A stretch of DNA of 64,000 bases from Octopus vulgaris (Eukaryota): the NCBI GenBank assembly GCA_951406725.2, contig OX597823.1, forward strand, positions 92,504,001-92,568,000. Reading direction: 5' to 3'. Position numbers and translations under genes: made by a program. Of this stretch, positions 28,251-42,673 are shown piece by piece. Within the stretch, counting starts at the first letter, position 1. Every line of letters starts with the position of its first letter. Below the pieces are notes generated by a model. That model had not been told where the DNA came from. It did no database searches and worked only from the letters and a program-made list of their open reading frames with translations.

Positions 28251-28650
28251 AGGCGGCGAGCTGGCAGAAGCGTTAGCACGCCGGGCGAAATGCTTAACTG
28301 TATCTCATCTGATCCTACGTTCTGAGTTCAAATTCTGCCGAGGTCGACTTTGCCTTTCATCCTTTCGGGGTCGATAAATTAAGTACCAGTTACAAACTGG
28401 GGGTCGATGTAATCGACTTAATCCGTTTGTCTCTCCTTGTTTGTCCTCTCTGTGTTTAGCCCCTTGTGGGTAGTAAAGGAATAGGTATTTCGTCTGTTAC
28501 TACGTTCTGAGTTCAAATCCCTCCGAGGTTGACTTTGACTTTCATTCTTTACAGGTCGATAAATTAAGTACCAGTGAAACCCTGTGGTCGATCTAATCGA
28601 CATATCTCCTCCCCCATAGTGGCTGCCCTTGTGGCAAAATTTGAAACCAT
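28251..28650 (+). mobile_element. Composite SINE-B (monomer plus 5'-truncated second unit)
   Basis: aggcggcgagctggcaga... monomer to ~28482, then ggtatttcgtctg...aaatttgaaacc. Confidence 0.88.
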
Positions 28651-28974
28651 TATTATTCAACTGTTTATATTCATTATGACATTTGGATTGTGTGTTTGTC
28701 GTCTGTATCGTCTTTCGAATAATGCATTGTGTTCCTTGGTAACGAGTTCTTCCATTTATCATTTACTACTTTCGTCAAGAATTTTATACAGGTTGCCGGT
28801 GAAATTTACAAAGGTGTTACCAAAAAATAATTTGCACATCTTCGAGTCGTTTTCAAAAGAAACAAGAAAAAGAAAATACCTAAGGCCCACATACCATATA
28901 TATATATATATATATATATAGAAAGAGAGAGAGAGAGAGAAGACCAAAGTGTACATACGCCGCTATATTCTTTT

Positions 28975-29289
28975 ATATATAAAAAATACAAAAATAGGAC
29001 AAGAACGCAAAACATGCGGTCAGACGATACGAAGACAACAAGGACGGGTCATTTGGAGTCTTCTATCATCAGTCGAGTTCCAGAGTATCGTTGCAATATC
29101 GACTGGTTATACTCGAGGTTCTTCCAATCTGGCCAGCTCCAAGGAAAAACTAAGCTAAGAGTATTAGATTCCTTGGAAGAAAGCAGCGAATGTATACGAA
29201 AACAAGGACGAAAAAAAACGGAGAATGTTACACAAATACAAATGCAAATAACAGGACCTAACAACAGGTGTCTTTCGACTAAGGACGAG

Positions 29290-29292
<3 letters not shown>
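28975..29292 (-). mobile_element. pLTR family P2 copy
   Basis: Matches 15390-15700; (TA)n flanks. Confidence 0.7.
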
Positions 29293-29330
<38 letters not shown>

Positions 29331-29892
29331 CAAATAAGTAAAAAGGGTGTCAAGGTACTAATGCAATACAGCAATTTCAGGCGGCCCCATTTAATCGAAC
29401 AATGCAAGCATTTCATCAATTTGACATAGAGCGCCATCTTCAGTGTCAAAATTAAAACTATTCAACACTCAGGGTATTTTATTATAGTTTTTAGCAGATA
29501 TTTCATCAGAGCTAGAGATCGAAATAATCCCGTGCTGCTGCTAATATAGCAGAATATGTTTACAGAGAAACAACTACAATTTTGGAATGGCAGAAGTGGA
29601 GACAGAGTGGGCGGGGTATGAGATCGGGAATTTAGCTACAATATATTATCTATCCTCTTATCACCATCAGAGGATCTAATGCAGCTTGTATTGAGACACT
29701 ACTTGCTGGTCAGAAATTAATATTGGTGTATATTCTCGCAAACCCTAATTCTCTATGGCTATAGATTCACTTGACCACATAAAAAAAAAACAAATCTCAG
29801 AGGAAGTCATTTAGATAGTGGTATATTCCCAGTAAAATTGGTGGGGTGGGGGTGACATAAACTATTTTATTATTATCAGTAAAAGTCACCTA

Positions 29893-30170
29893 GTGGAGGC
29901 GCAATGGCCCAGTGGATAGACCGGGCGTTGTGTGTGGTTATTAAACGAAAACACCTAAAGCTCTACGAGGCTCCGGCAGGGGATGATGGTGACCCCTGTT
30001 GTACTATTTCGCCCCACTCTTTCTCTCACTCTTTTTTCCTGTTTCTTGAGTAACGCTGCGATGGACTGGCGTCCCGTCCAGTTGGAGTCGGAACACATAC
30101 GCCATAGAGACCGGGAAACCAGGCCCATGAGCCTGGCTAGGCTTGAAAAGGGTGCATAAATAAAAAAAAA
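29893..30170 (+). mobile_element. SINE-C with imperfect 15-bp TSD
   Basis: gtggaggcgcaatggcccagtgg head, A-tail; TSD agtaaaag(tc/cg)accta at 29878-29892 and 30171-30185. Confidence 0.82.
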
Positions 30171-30711
30171 AGTAAAAGCGACCTACAACAGAAAATATAG
30201 GACGCTACAATGAGATCTAGATGGGGCATTAGAATTACCGAGAAAAAACTTGGATATTATCAAAGTGTAGCAAAATCTATGTATTATTAAATTTAGTATC
30301 ATAAAAGTATTTTTGTTAAACTTTAGGAAGGGATATAAGGACCCGATAACATAATAAGGATAAATAGACTAATTTAAGCACTAAAAAAGATTACTTGTTT
30401 ATAAAAAAATAAAACTTCATTATAGTTCATCCTAGCAGAAAATAAATGTGGTCATGATGAAACAATTCAAACAATGAACCTAACTTACGTTCAAAATATA
30501 TCGGGGAAGGAGGGACACATTATGTAGTGATTGTAAACAAGCGATCAAAGGCAATGAAAATTATATATAGACATGCATACATACATACATACATACATAC
30601 ATACATACATACATACATACATACATACATACATACATACATACATGCATACATACATACATACATGCATACATACATACATACATACATACATACATAC
30701 ATACATACATG

Positions 30712-30754
<43 letters not shown>

Positions 30755-30939
30755 TTAATTCTCTCTCTCTCTCTCTCTCTCTCTCCCCATTTATACTACC
30801 AGACTTTAACTTTAGTGATTTAATGCTTCACTGCTCTACTCTCTAAAGTATGCTTCCTATTCAGATATATATACATATACATATATGTGTGTGTATGTGT
30901 ATATATACATACACGCACACACACACATACATATATAAT

Positions 30940-31337
30940 AGGCGAAGGAGTGGTTGTGTGGTAAGTAGTTTGCTTACCAACTACACGGTTCTGGGTCCAA
31001 TTGAAGACCCAGAGAATTGAAGGCGGCGAGCTGGCAGAAACGTTAGCACGCCGGGCGAAATGCGTAGCCGTATTTCTTCCGCTGCTGCGTTCTGAGTTCA
31101 AATTCCGCTGAGGTCGACTTTGCCTTTCATCCTTTCGGGGTTGATAAATCAAGTACCTGTTACGCACTGGAGTCGATATAATCGATTTAATCCGTTTGTC
31201 TGTCCTTGTTTGCCCTCTCTGTGTTTAGCCCCTTGTGGGTAGTAAAGAAATAGGTTCTGGGTCCAATCCCTTTTACAAGTGTCTTCTATTGCCACGAGAG
31301 TGGATTTGTTAGACAGAAACTAAGAGAATCCCGTCGT
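30940..31337 (+). mobile_element. SINE-A head with nested SINE-B monomer (31021-31252)
   Basis: TSD ggttctgggtccaat at 30987-31001 and 31253-31267. Confidence 0.85.
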
Positions 31338-31358
31338 AAATATATATATATATATATT

Positions 31359-31414
<56 letters not shown>

Positions 31415-32319
31415 GATACATTCAAATCTGGAATAGTTGATGACGGAATGAAAGTAGGTGACGATAGATACATTCCAAAAGTTGAAGTAAGTTCGGTTAA
31501 CATAAGATGGGCCAGAGACTCTGTGAGCTCTTCATAGGAACTAAGTGAATGGAAAACGATCTTGCATGTAGCAAAACAAGAATGGAGTGATTATATCAAG
31601 GAGTGATAGCGGAGGTTACGTTGAGAGAATCCAAAATTATCGTTCTGTATACATAGAAGAAATTCGGATCTAGCACTTTATTTATGTTGAGCGGCTTTTG
31701 CATGTTGCTGTTCCAGTATTTTTAAAACTATACGTCAATGAGAAATATTTCCTCCAGACAAATACTGCAGTTTGGAAAAGCTTTGGATAGTACACGCGCG
31801 CACACAGAGTCTATCTTAATGTACGGATGGATTAACAAATTCCCTTTTTTTATAAATACAAAGTATCTATTCAATCCGCTGTGTGAGCGTATGTGCACCA
31901 AGCCCATCTTGTACTTATACTTAAACCTTTGAGTAAGTTTGTACCAGAGAGGATACGTTCCACATACAACCTAAACGAGGGCGTTTATACATCCATATCA
32001 ACTAACGGTTATATATAACCCTTTTTCTGTGTAGTATGTATTTGTTTATTTTTGCATCCTATATTTATTATTATTCTTCTATAATAATGAAGCTCTACCC
32101 CGTAGTTCGCTGCATTTGTATACACATACCGAGAAGGAATCTTGCGGAGCAGGCATTATTTTAAAGAGACACATCTTGTAATCACATGAGAAGACACATC
32201 TACACCGAGAGATACTGCTAAATCAGTTGTTCAGTATCACACTTTTGGTGAATCGATGCTGGATGCGAAAATAAATAAAAATAAAGAATGTGTAGTCGCT
32301 AGCAATCTATCATGGCGAA

Positions 32320-32369
<50 letters not shown>

Positions 32370-32374
<5 letters not shown>

Positions 32375-32580
32375 ATCCAAACAAGAACAAGCAAGAAAAA
32401 GCACTAACGTGAGGATGTTGATCAAGTACTCTGCTATTGGACGCTCAGGAAAGCGGGAAAGGAAAGAAAAGAAAGAGGATTTCACGTTTCGAGAGGAGCT
32501 CTTCATCAGAAATATAGAAAAAGTCCAAAGAAGGGAAAACGGAGAAAGAAAATCGCCAACGATATACACGCGGTGACACA
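32370..32580 (-). mobile_element. pLTR remnant with HHR motif at 32479-32513
   Basis: Reverse complement ATTT-CTGATGA-A-GAG-ctcct-CTC-GAAACGT-G-AAAT; cleavage triplet GUG is probably inactive; (TA)n flanks. Confidence 0.65.
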
Positions 32581-32599
32581 CACACGCACACATATATAC

Positions 32600-32630
<31 letters not shown>

Positions 32631-32631
<1 letters not shown>

Positions 32632-32871
32632 CAATTGCAGCGTGGGAGGTGTTTATAAGCCATTTAAGAAACACACAAAAGCCGTTCGATTCACTCCAAC
32701 ATTTAAGTTTAATTTGTCAAAATATTTTCGTCGCTAAAATCCGCGACCTGAACAGGTCGCGGATTTTGTGTGTTTCTTAAATGGCTTATAAACACCTCCC
32801 ACGCTGCAATTGTTTTCGTTTCAGCACACGATCTCAGATCAAATTACTTGCTATGCGAGTACATCTCCGTA

Positions 32872-32872
<1 letters not shown>
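32631..32872. repeat. Fold-back of a pLTR (same family as 63108-63270)
   Basis: 32631-32680 is the reverse complement of 32764-32813; inner hairpin 32736-32750/32753-32767. Confidence 0.88.
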
Positions 32873-32965
<93 letters not shown>

Positions 32966-34439
32966 CGCGAAACACAATAGTCAGTAAATGTTGATATTAT
33001 TTAATACCAGAATTAACTCCATCTAAGCCTGATGATTGTGGGAATCTATGAATATATGTGTATATATATATATATATATGGATAGAAAGACAGATAGAAA
33101 GATGGATAGATACATATCTACATGCATGCATGCATACATACGAACTCACACAGCCATACACAAATATATGTATATGTTGACATAGAATTTCAGGAAAGTA
33201 TTGAGTAATATGCAGCTAACGGTTACGTCCCAATAGTCTTTGTGATTAAATAGTAAACATATTGCCATCAATCTCAAAGTCCTGAACTCAGCTCAAGGTA
33301 CATTGTTGTACGATAAGAACATAATTGATATACTAAAAGCCTTTGTAACACCAATAGAATTTTCATCACCTTCGTTAACATGAAATGAAAAATTAACTTT
33401 ACCGATTTTGAAATTGAAAACCTAATTGAAGAGAACTGGCAACGAATGGCCATTCGGTTCATTGACTTATTGTTTCTGCCAGCACGCAATCATATTTATA
33501 TATATATGAATTATTAATCTTTAAAAATATCAATTTACTCTACGGATCAATAATACTATGTTTTTTCATTGAATGCTGATTGCAGCATTACGCGTTACAT
33601 TATAATTTTCTGGTGTGTACTCGATTATTAGTGGTTTTTCGTTCGGTAATTGTCTGTTTTAATATGAAATGTTGAATATGGTTCACCAAGAACGTATTGC
33701 AGTAAGACGTAATTGTTTTCATTAGTCGGTACACTCCGCCTCATCGTATCTGAATGACCAGAAATACACACCAAATTTGCGAAGTTGAAATGAATTCGGA
33801 TTAAAAATCTAAATATAGTTACGATGTAGTTACCGTGAGTCATTGATCAAACGTTGTCATAGTAGTAGCTGTTGAACCATTCCAACTTCAACCATCATAC
33901 ATTCTTTTATGGCTAAGACATTACTGTCCAAGAAGCTGTGGTTTTTGAAAACAGCGCAGCGTGATTTCTAAGGATTTGTGCGTTATTTTATCATATCTAA
34001 CAAGCTGAACAACTTCATAGAACTGTCACCGCTGTTTCGCATTGTAAGAGTTCTGAATGATAAATTAAATGGGTAAAGCTTCTAACAATGCAGAGATGAA
34101 AGGGTTATCTTCAGAAGTGTGCAGTCGCTGGTTAAAAACTTTCCGTTTTTCACTTATTATTTTAATTCTGTGCTACATTTCTTCAAGTGAACTTCACTTC
34201 TCTTCTTTTAAAATGATTGTTGTTAGTTCTTTGCTAGGTTCAAGTAATAAAACCGGAAGCGACAAGTGGTCATTTGATTAGTTGCATTTGATGCAACTGG
34301 TAACTTAATACTCCACTAGCACTGAGATGGTATTCCACTTGGCTCTGTGGCGCCGTAAAGTATATCTGGATGTCTTAGAATATCCATATAATTGCACGAA
34401 GGCCATATTATATATATAAAGAAAATTAACGAAAAATAT

Positions 34440-34653
34440 TCTTTTCTACTCTAGGCAGAATGTCCGAAATTTTGGGGAATGGGATCAGTCGATTAGATCG
34501 ACTCCAGTACACAACTGGCGCTTAATTTATCGACGCCGAAAGGATGAAAGGCAGAGTCGACCTCGGCAGAATTTGAACCCAGAACGTAGCAATAGACGAA
34601 ATACCGCAACACATTTCGCCCGGTGTGCTAACGTTTCTGCCAACTCACCGCCT
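34440..34653 (-). mobile_element. SINE-B
   Basis: Reverse complement of the family sequence; further decayed copies at ~35440-35620, 38350-38565, 42721-42930, 43965-44046, 48224-48425 and 62895-63090. Confidence 0.8.
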
Positions 34654-36720
34654 CAAAAAAATTACATATTTCCTCACTGTCCAAAACTTTGAAGAATGTT
34701 CCTACAACGGAGTTGTGAGAGAAATTGTTAAATATGTCTTCCTAAAATAATACTTCCGTCTATGTCCACAGCCCGTAAAATTTGGCCCTTAACACTTACT
34801 AAGGGAAAAGCGTTCATATATGAAAATGGAATGGCTGTAGATATTAACATGCCTCTCAAAATAAATATTATTTAATGAATTTAATGGAGGTTGACTCTGG
34901 AAAGATGAAGGTAAAAAGGCGGAATGGTGGGGGGGTTTGCTAATGTATATGTGTGCATAGAGTGAATCGTTGACAATTTATAGATTATTTATTGTCTCTC
35001 TTACCGTTCTTAGTTGTTAATTATTCATTCACGACAGCAAATATTCTGTAAAATACATTCAATCGTCCTTGCTAAAATTTCCGCTGCTCGTATTGAATAT
35101 GTTTCAAGCAAAAATTTGAAATATAATGTGTAGCAAAATTTTTACCAGAATGTTTACATTTAAAGTAAAGTAGTAAGTATATTAAAACATAAATAAGGAT
35201 ATTATATAGTAGCTACTTTTGTAGATATACATTCAAATGCATTAATGTTGAATAAATTTTTAACTTCACTTTGCTTATGTAGCGATGCAGCGACTTGAAG
35301 GATATACCTGAAAGATATTTATGTTTGATAGGTGTGAAAATATCGATCCACTGACCGGTGCAATAACAAGACATGCATCGATGAATGTGCAATATCTGAT
35401 TACAACACGATTAGTCATCATATTGATTTTATTTGGTGCGGGGGAAGGGAGAGAAGATCAGCAATTTTGGGGGATAGGTTAAGTACATTACCTCGATCCC
35501 AGTACTCATCTGGTACTTATTTTATCGACCTTGAAAGAATGAAAGGCAGAGTCGGATCTGGCGGCCTTTGAATTCAGAACGTAAAGACGGGGAAAATGTC
35601 GCTAAGCAGCTCACCTGGCTGGTTATCATATTGACATCGGTGTATGTTTTGTTCTGCAGGTATCATCTTGACCTGTTAGAAATCTAAGCTGCATGTTTTT
35701 AAGACAATATATTACGTTTCATTTCACTGGTCATTATTTACAGCATTGGGTGATATCGTTATTTCTATAGTTTCTTTTATCTTTTACTATCAACACGACT
35801 GAAAACAATAATGTTATTAGCAAGAACAAATCTGCCAACAAGAAATTGAAACCCATCAACAGGAATAATTCACACAGCACCACAAAACAATAAATCACAA
35901 CAATATGAAATCGCCGTCGACAGTATCAATAACACAGCTAAAATAACTGTTGCTACCAAAGCAAATGTGTGCAACAACACCATAATGTAATACAACAAAA
36001 ACACTCCTGAGAAGAGAGGAAGAGGAAGAGAGGGAGAGGACGAAAGAGGTAGAGGGCATCTAACTAGTCGCAGAATGGCTATAAATATCAAACCACTTTA
36101 CAAGGTATTCTAAAAGAATACATCTGTTGCCAAATGTACACATAGGGAGAGAGGAACTGACTTTGATATACTTCGCTAGGTCTCATGTGAACAGAATAAC
36201 ATTTAAAATGACATTTACTGAAACATCGTGAAAAAACAATATATATAGAAGACACTGAATTTTAAAACATTTCCGCAAATGACATCAACAAATGCTTCCA
36301 AAGGATTTTCGGATGCTCTGTTGATAATAATTTACTTATCTCACAAAATGCGAAATAACCTTCATATTGGTATGATCGAAATTTTCCGATCTTGGGTGAA
36401 ATTGTGAAACGAATGCTGTTACACAAATGGATGACTTTTGCTCATAGTAGCTCGCAAAGAGAAAGTTACAGTATGTGTGGGTATGTGTGTGTGTGTGTGT
36501 ATCTAAGTATCTATGTATATATATGCTTATTTATATAGAAATGTGTGTGTGCATGCATATATACACATATTTATCTATTTATCCATAGCTATGTATTTCT
36601 CTCGCCATCTTTCTCTGTCTGACTGTCTGTCTCTGTCTGTCTCCCTCTCTGTATACACATACACACACACACATATATATATATATATATTATATGTATA
36701 TGTGTGTGTGTATATGTATA

Positions 36721-36781
<61 letters not shown>

Positions 36782-37459
36782 GTAAATATATATTATGTAT
36801 GCACATATACGCGCACACTCATACACACACATGTCTGCATATGTGTAGATATAATCTATGTTTGTATATATATATATATATGTGTGTGTGTATATATGTA
36901 TATATATATATATATGCATGCATGCAAACATACATAACCCTCTTATATACGTGTGAGTGTGTTTCTGTGTTTCTGTGCGCGCATGACTATCTGCACAGGC
37001 GCGTGTGTGGGCATATGTGCACGTTTTCGTGGAAGCGTAGCCGCAAGCATCGAACTTGTACTATAGGAGTTTAGTGGATTAGTTTTAGCTCTCAGAGCTA
37101 AGACACTGACTCATTACCCTTTGGACACAAGTAATATAATATAAAGTGACAGAATGTAATTTTCATATGTAATTTGAGGAGATAGAATTGTGCTGAGATC
37201 TCCAGTTTAATCGGTAAATCCGTTGCATATCTGTCGGTAAGAGATACACATGTGTTTGGAGTAGAACTGAATCACTTATCTCTCCTGAATGGGCCCTTAT
37301 GATGTCTATAATGTTGAGGTTAACATAGACTTTATATATTGAAATACAAAAGAAATGTTTAATGGGAAATGTAAATTCTGTATAAACGAGTTACCGTTAT
37401 TATTCGCGCTATTTAATGGTTTCAGTGTTAATACTTCTGTAACCATCTGCAAATATGTA

Positions 37460-38110
37460 CAGGGTGCGTTTAATACACTGTCGTTTAAATTATGCAAAAA
37501 CTAAAAGAACATTAAACATCTTATTTTAACAGATGTATTTACCAAACTTAAATAAAAATATTTTGAAATACTAAAGAGAAAATGTATTCAATAAAATCGC
37601 CATTGGCTTCAACCATAGTTTCCAAACGACTTCGGAACCTCCGTCAACTCTCCTGGATGGTCTCCTTGATGAATGCTGCAATAATTCTTGCTTACAGTTC
37701 ACCTTTGGCGTTACAAGGAGTTCTGTTGGTCTCCCGCACAAGTGTGCCCCGTACATAATAATCAAGGAGGCTGCAGTCTGGGAGGTTGGGTTGCCAGATG
37801 TTATAGGTGATGTGGTCACAGAAATGTTCTCACAGCCACGACTGAGTTCTTCTGCTTGTGTGGTATGGTGCAGAGTCCTGTTGCCAGACATAGGGTCTTC
37901 GAGAAGCCACCCTCTTGAGCCAGAGCAGCGCTACCTCTTCTAGGCACTTCATGAAGGACTCTGTGTTGAGTGTGAGGCCGTGTGGGAAGATGAATGGAGG
38001 CATAACTTTGCCATCACTGGTGATCACTCTAAACACCATGATATTGATTCTATGTTTGATTTTTATCACTCTTGGTACATGTCTTCAGATTGCACTGTCC
38101 TCCGATTGAC
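37460..38110 (-). mobile_element. DD37D (maT-like) Tc1/mariner 3' half, disrupted
   Basis: VITSDGKVMPPFIFPHGLTLN...YVWQQDSAPYHTSRRTQSWL..NIWQPNLPDCSLLDYYV; about 37 residues between the 2nd and 3rd D; terminus TA-CAGGGTG at 37458. Confidence 0.8.
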
Positions 38111-39743
38111 ACACAATCAATCTGAAATGTTCATATATGAGCTTCTGGTGCAAATGCCAAGTAGCACAGCATGTCGTTTCCAAATTTCTGGCAGAGTGAA
38201 TTGCATCGTGGTGCTGTTTTTCTTAGAGACGGTGCCCAACAGATCCTACTACATTGGGAAGTGGACAAATAAAAAAAACAATGTGCATGTGCGTAATTAA
38301 AAATATAATGTGGCGACAATTTACCCATCGCAAATTATATATTTGTTGTCATGTTTTGGCACAAGGCCATGGAATTGCTGGGGAGGAGATGAGTCGATTA
38401 ATCGACCCCAGAATTATTTTCGTTCTTTTCTGGTTCTTTTTCTATCGACCCCGGATGGGATGAAAGGAAAAGTTGACCTCGGCGTAATTTGAAATCAGAG
38501 CATAATGTCAGACGAAATGACCGGAAGCATTTTTCTCGGCGTGCCAACGATTCCGCCGGCTCACCATATTCTCAATGAAAAGCGGGCTGAATGTTCAGAA
38601 ACGTTAAACTTGGAGCAATGGTAGATTTAAGAGCCTGACTTATAATCTATTAAAGAATACTCTTCACTGATACATTGAGTCCTCTAAATCAACAGGATTC
38701 AATATGATTTATATGTACTTGTATTTGCACGCATGTGTGTGTGTGTGTGTATGTGTATATGTGTATATATGTGTGTGATCATGTGGTTGTGTATGTATTC
38801 GTATAATTGCAAGAGAAAATTTTAAATTCGCTCTCTAAATTTCATTATTTGAATTTAAAAAATCGTGGTTATGTAATCATGAACAGAAGGGTTTACACAG
38901 AAATATGGAACGGTAAACGAAACGGAAAAACATAGCACGTGGTTTGTTTTTTATTATATGAATAAATATTTCTAATATTTATTACTAACCTTTACATTTG
39001 CTTGCTTCAAAGAGTAGACTGCGGTCATGCTAGAGCAATGCCTTATTTAATTTTGTAGTCGAATGAATCGCCACCAGTATTTCTATTCTAAAGCCTGGAG
39101 CTTATACTTTTGCCGAGCAGCTGAGGGACATAACCAAACCAGCAATTGTTATGAAGTGTTGGTGGGAGACAATGTGTTTTGTGTAGTCTTAACACATATA
39201 TAGACACATAGGATTTAATTCAAGAACATCATATACAGTGGCAACATTTCAAAGAGTAAATAAATGAAAAGCAGCTTTAACAGTCAGAATATTTTCATTA
39301 ATATAGAAACTAACTGCGTATGGAAGAAGTTATTGATTTCGTTCTGCGTATATATTATTTCATTTGCGTTGAATCTGTAAACTTATAGAAAATTGCGCGA
39401 ACAAATGAACGAATAAAGTAGAAATATTTCATTTTATTTCTGTGTTCTTCAAATATATTTCTTATTTCAAATGTATAACTAATTTAGATAATTTATTGCT
39501 GCCGATTTGATAAGGAATCGACCAAAGAAATTGGTTTCAACAACACACAAGTTTTGAAGAATTTCTCAATGTAAAAATTCTTAATCCAGTTCTGTTTGGC
39601 AAAATGTCTACAGAATAAAGAATCGGAGAGATATTGTAATAAAAGGAATTCAACTACACAACTCGATAACTTGTTACTATGAAATCTCTCTCTTTCTGGT
39701 TCTCTTTCTTTCTCACCCTGTCCTTCTCTCTCTGTACACGTAC

Positions 39744-39839
<96 letters not shown>

Positions 39840-40038
39840 ATAGAAACATACACTCACATATACTCACACATAGAAAATCACACAATGCTATAAATAATAA
39901 CATCTAAATATTGGGTTGCAGACCCTTTAGGGATAGAATTAGGAAGCAATCTAGCAAAAACAAAAAGCCTTTTCTACATTACATTGAACAACAAAACTAT
40001 AGTTATTTAAAAAATATTAATATTAATATCAATAACTA

Positions 40039-40370
40039 AGGCGGTGAGCGGACAGAATCGTTAGCATGCCAGGTGAAATGCTTACTTGCAGTTCGGACGA
40101 GTACGAAAGCGAGGAGGAAGGCGAGGATCCATCGCCAACGTGCAGGTGAGGACGACGACCTTATTAACCGTCAACCACCGCCTTAGCTGCGTGCGTAACA
40201 CACGGACGCACACACTCACGGTCGATATCACCGAGATGACGGCATTTCGATCGCACCGGCAGTCTGAGAGTTCAAATTGCGCCGATATCGAGCTTGATTT
40301 AATTCCAACCGGAGTCGATAAAATAAGTACTAGCTGAACATTGAAATCGATGAAACACCCCCACTGCCGA
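40039..40370 (+). mobile_element. SINE-B interrupted by a 154-bp GC-rich insert (40085-40238)
   Basis: gaaatgctta | insert | acggcatttcg; removing the insert restores the SINE sequence. Confidence 0.75.
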
Positions 40371-40408
40371 ATAATCGTCATTGAAACACTGCTGTACTTT
40401 TATATATA

Positions 40409-40800
40409 CCGGATGCGATGAATAAACTGTCGTCTAAATTACAAAAATGGAAATAACACTGACACCTACCTCATTTTAATAGATATATTTACCAAAATTA
40501 CATGAAAATATCTTGAAATATTAAAGAGTTAATTTATTCAATAAAATCGCCATTGGCTTCAGCCACGACCCCCAAATGACTTCGGACTTTCCAGCGACTC
40601 TTCTGGACGGTCTCCTTGTTTAAGTTAGTGAATAATACCATAATCCTTGCCTTCAGTTTATCTTTGATGTTACGAGCAGTATTGCTGGTCTCACGCTCAA
40701 CTGCGCCCTACACATAATAATCAAGGGGGTTGCAATCTGGGGAGTTAGGTGACCAGATGTTAGAGGTAATGTGGTCGCGGAAATTGTCGGGCAGTCATAC
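40409..40800 (-). mobile_element. Second DD37D-family 3' fragment
   Basis: Collinear with 37460-37850. Confidence 0.78.
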
Positions 40801-40809
40801 TTGGGTTCT

Positions 40810-41520
40810 CCATGCTTGTTCCGGTAAGTTTTGGTAGGATCCTTGTGTGTGTCTGATCCAGTCCGCATTTTCATTGTAATTCTGTTTTTCATTACTCCAG
40901 ATATTTTCCCAGAAGTTTTCAGCTTCTTCCATGGCAGGGCGGGTCTTCAACGGTTATTTTCTCCTTCGCTATTTCTTTGTAGAATGCTTTCGCATTGGAT
41001 GTGAACAGCTTATTTTACTTGTAAAATTTATTTCTCTTCACAAACCTTCGTGTGCTTTGAGATTTTGCTTGGGCATATTGTTTCAGTGTTTCTGTTGCTG
41101 AAAGCAGATCTTCTCTTGGTGAGAATCTATGTTTTTTCTCTATCTTTCTTCCTTTTCTGGTTTTTACATTGTTTCCACAGATTAGTTCATTTAACATTGA
41201 TATTTCACCTATCGTTATTTTAATCACGTTTTCAATTTTACATTTCCAGTTTGGAATTCTTCTCAAGTTTGTATTTCTTTGTTTTTTCAGTAGCATACAA
41301 CTGGATTCAATTGCCTTGGCAGCTGCGTAAATAATTTCATTTAATTCAGTGAGATGTGGTTTTAGTTCTTGTATAATTTCCTTTGTTACATAGTTTCCAA
41401 TTCTAATTCTTTTCTACTATAGATTGTATTTGAGAGCTTATGAAGTGGTTCACTATCATGCATATTGGTGTGTCTTACAACTGCAAGCTTCAGGATTTTC
41501 TGAATAAATTTTGCTGTGGT
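40810..41520 (-). mobile_element. R4/Dong-like LINE, N-terminal ORF fragment
   Basis: PNWKCKIENVIK...ETLKQYAQAKSQSTRRFVKRNKFYK*NKLFTSNAKAFYKE, typical of the pre-RT region of this clade. Confidence 0.7.
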
Positions 41521-42137
41521 TTACAGTTTTTGTAATTGTGCAGTTTGTATATATTGGCAGGGGCTTCCTTATTTTCTTTTTATTTCGTATATTTAATTGT
41601 GATATTGCAATAAAAGGTGTGTTTATATATTCCGGTAGTCAGGGAGAAAACAAAGGTAAAATTTTCACACAAAATTGTAGCTATTAGAGGTTTTTAATTT
41701 TCTAGAGATGATCTTTTGTATGTCCGATCAGAGAAGACTGGAGTGATTTTGCAATTAAAAAGGATGTTTACATTATCGAATACTCAGGGAGCAATTGTAG
41801 TTATTAATATTTTAAAATTTACTAAAGATGGTGTTTTGTAGTATTCTTAGAAAAAAAAGGATGTTTACATTTTCGAACACGCAGGTAGAAAAGAAAGCTT
41901 AGGTATTCACGAAAGTTGTAGATAATAAAAGTTTTTAAAGCCGAGAGTTTGTATATTAGGAAATATGTAAGTTCCTCATTTTGAGGAAAATTCAAAGTAC
42001 AGGAAATTGTAGATATTCCAGTCTTTGAGAGTTATTTTTCAGTTATTCGGCTGGGTTGTATTAGTGTTGCTGTGTTTCCATTGCTGACTGGTCAGAGCAG
42101 TGTGAAGAACACGTCCAGCCGATGTCACGGCTGGCGC

Positions 42138-42215
<78 letters not shown>

Positions 42216-42592
42216 GTTAATCATTGTGTCAGAAAGCAGCTCATGTCATCAAATTGACAGTGGGGTACAAATATAAGAAGCTCAATATATGCATCGTGAC
42301 TACCCATATGATAAGAGTGCACCAGCGACATGCATCACATGTGCGCGACACGGTGACTTTACATCAGGATAAACAGCGTACGTCCTTGCAGATGGAACCC
42401 TATTTGAATTTTCTTCAGGTTGATTAAATCATTCCACTGAAAAGTTCCATGAATACGGTTTGTTTGAGGATGTTGTACGAAATACCCATGTTTCAGAGGC
42501 CATGAGAGTCAGTACTTGGTATCGCATCAGGGAATTAATCCCCTTCCTCCTCCTCATCGTCATCCTCCTACCCCTCCTCCTCCTCCTCCTCC

Positions 42593-42673
<81 letters not shown>

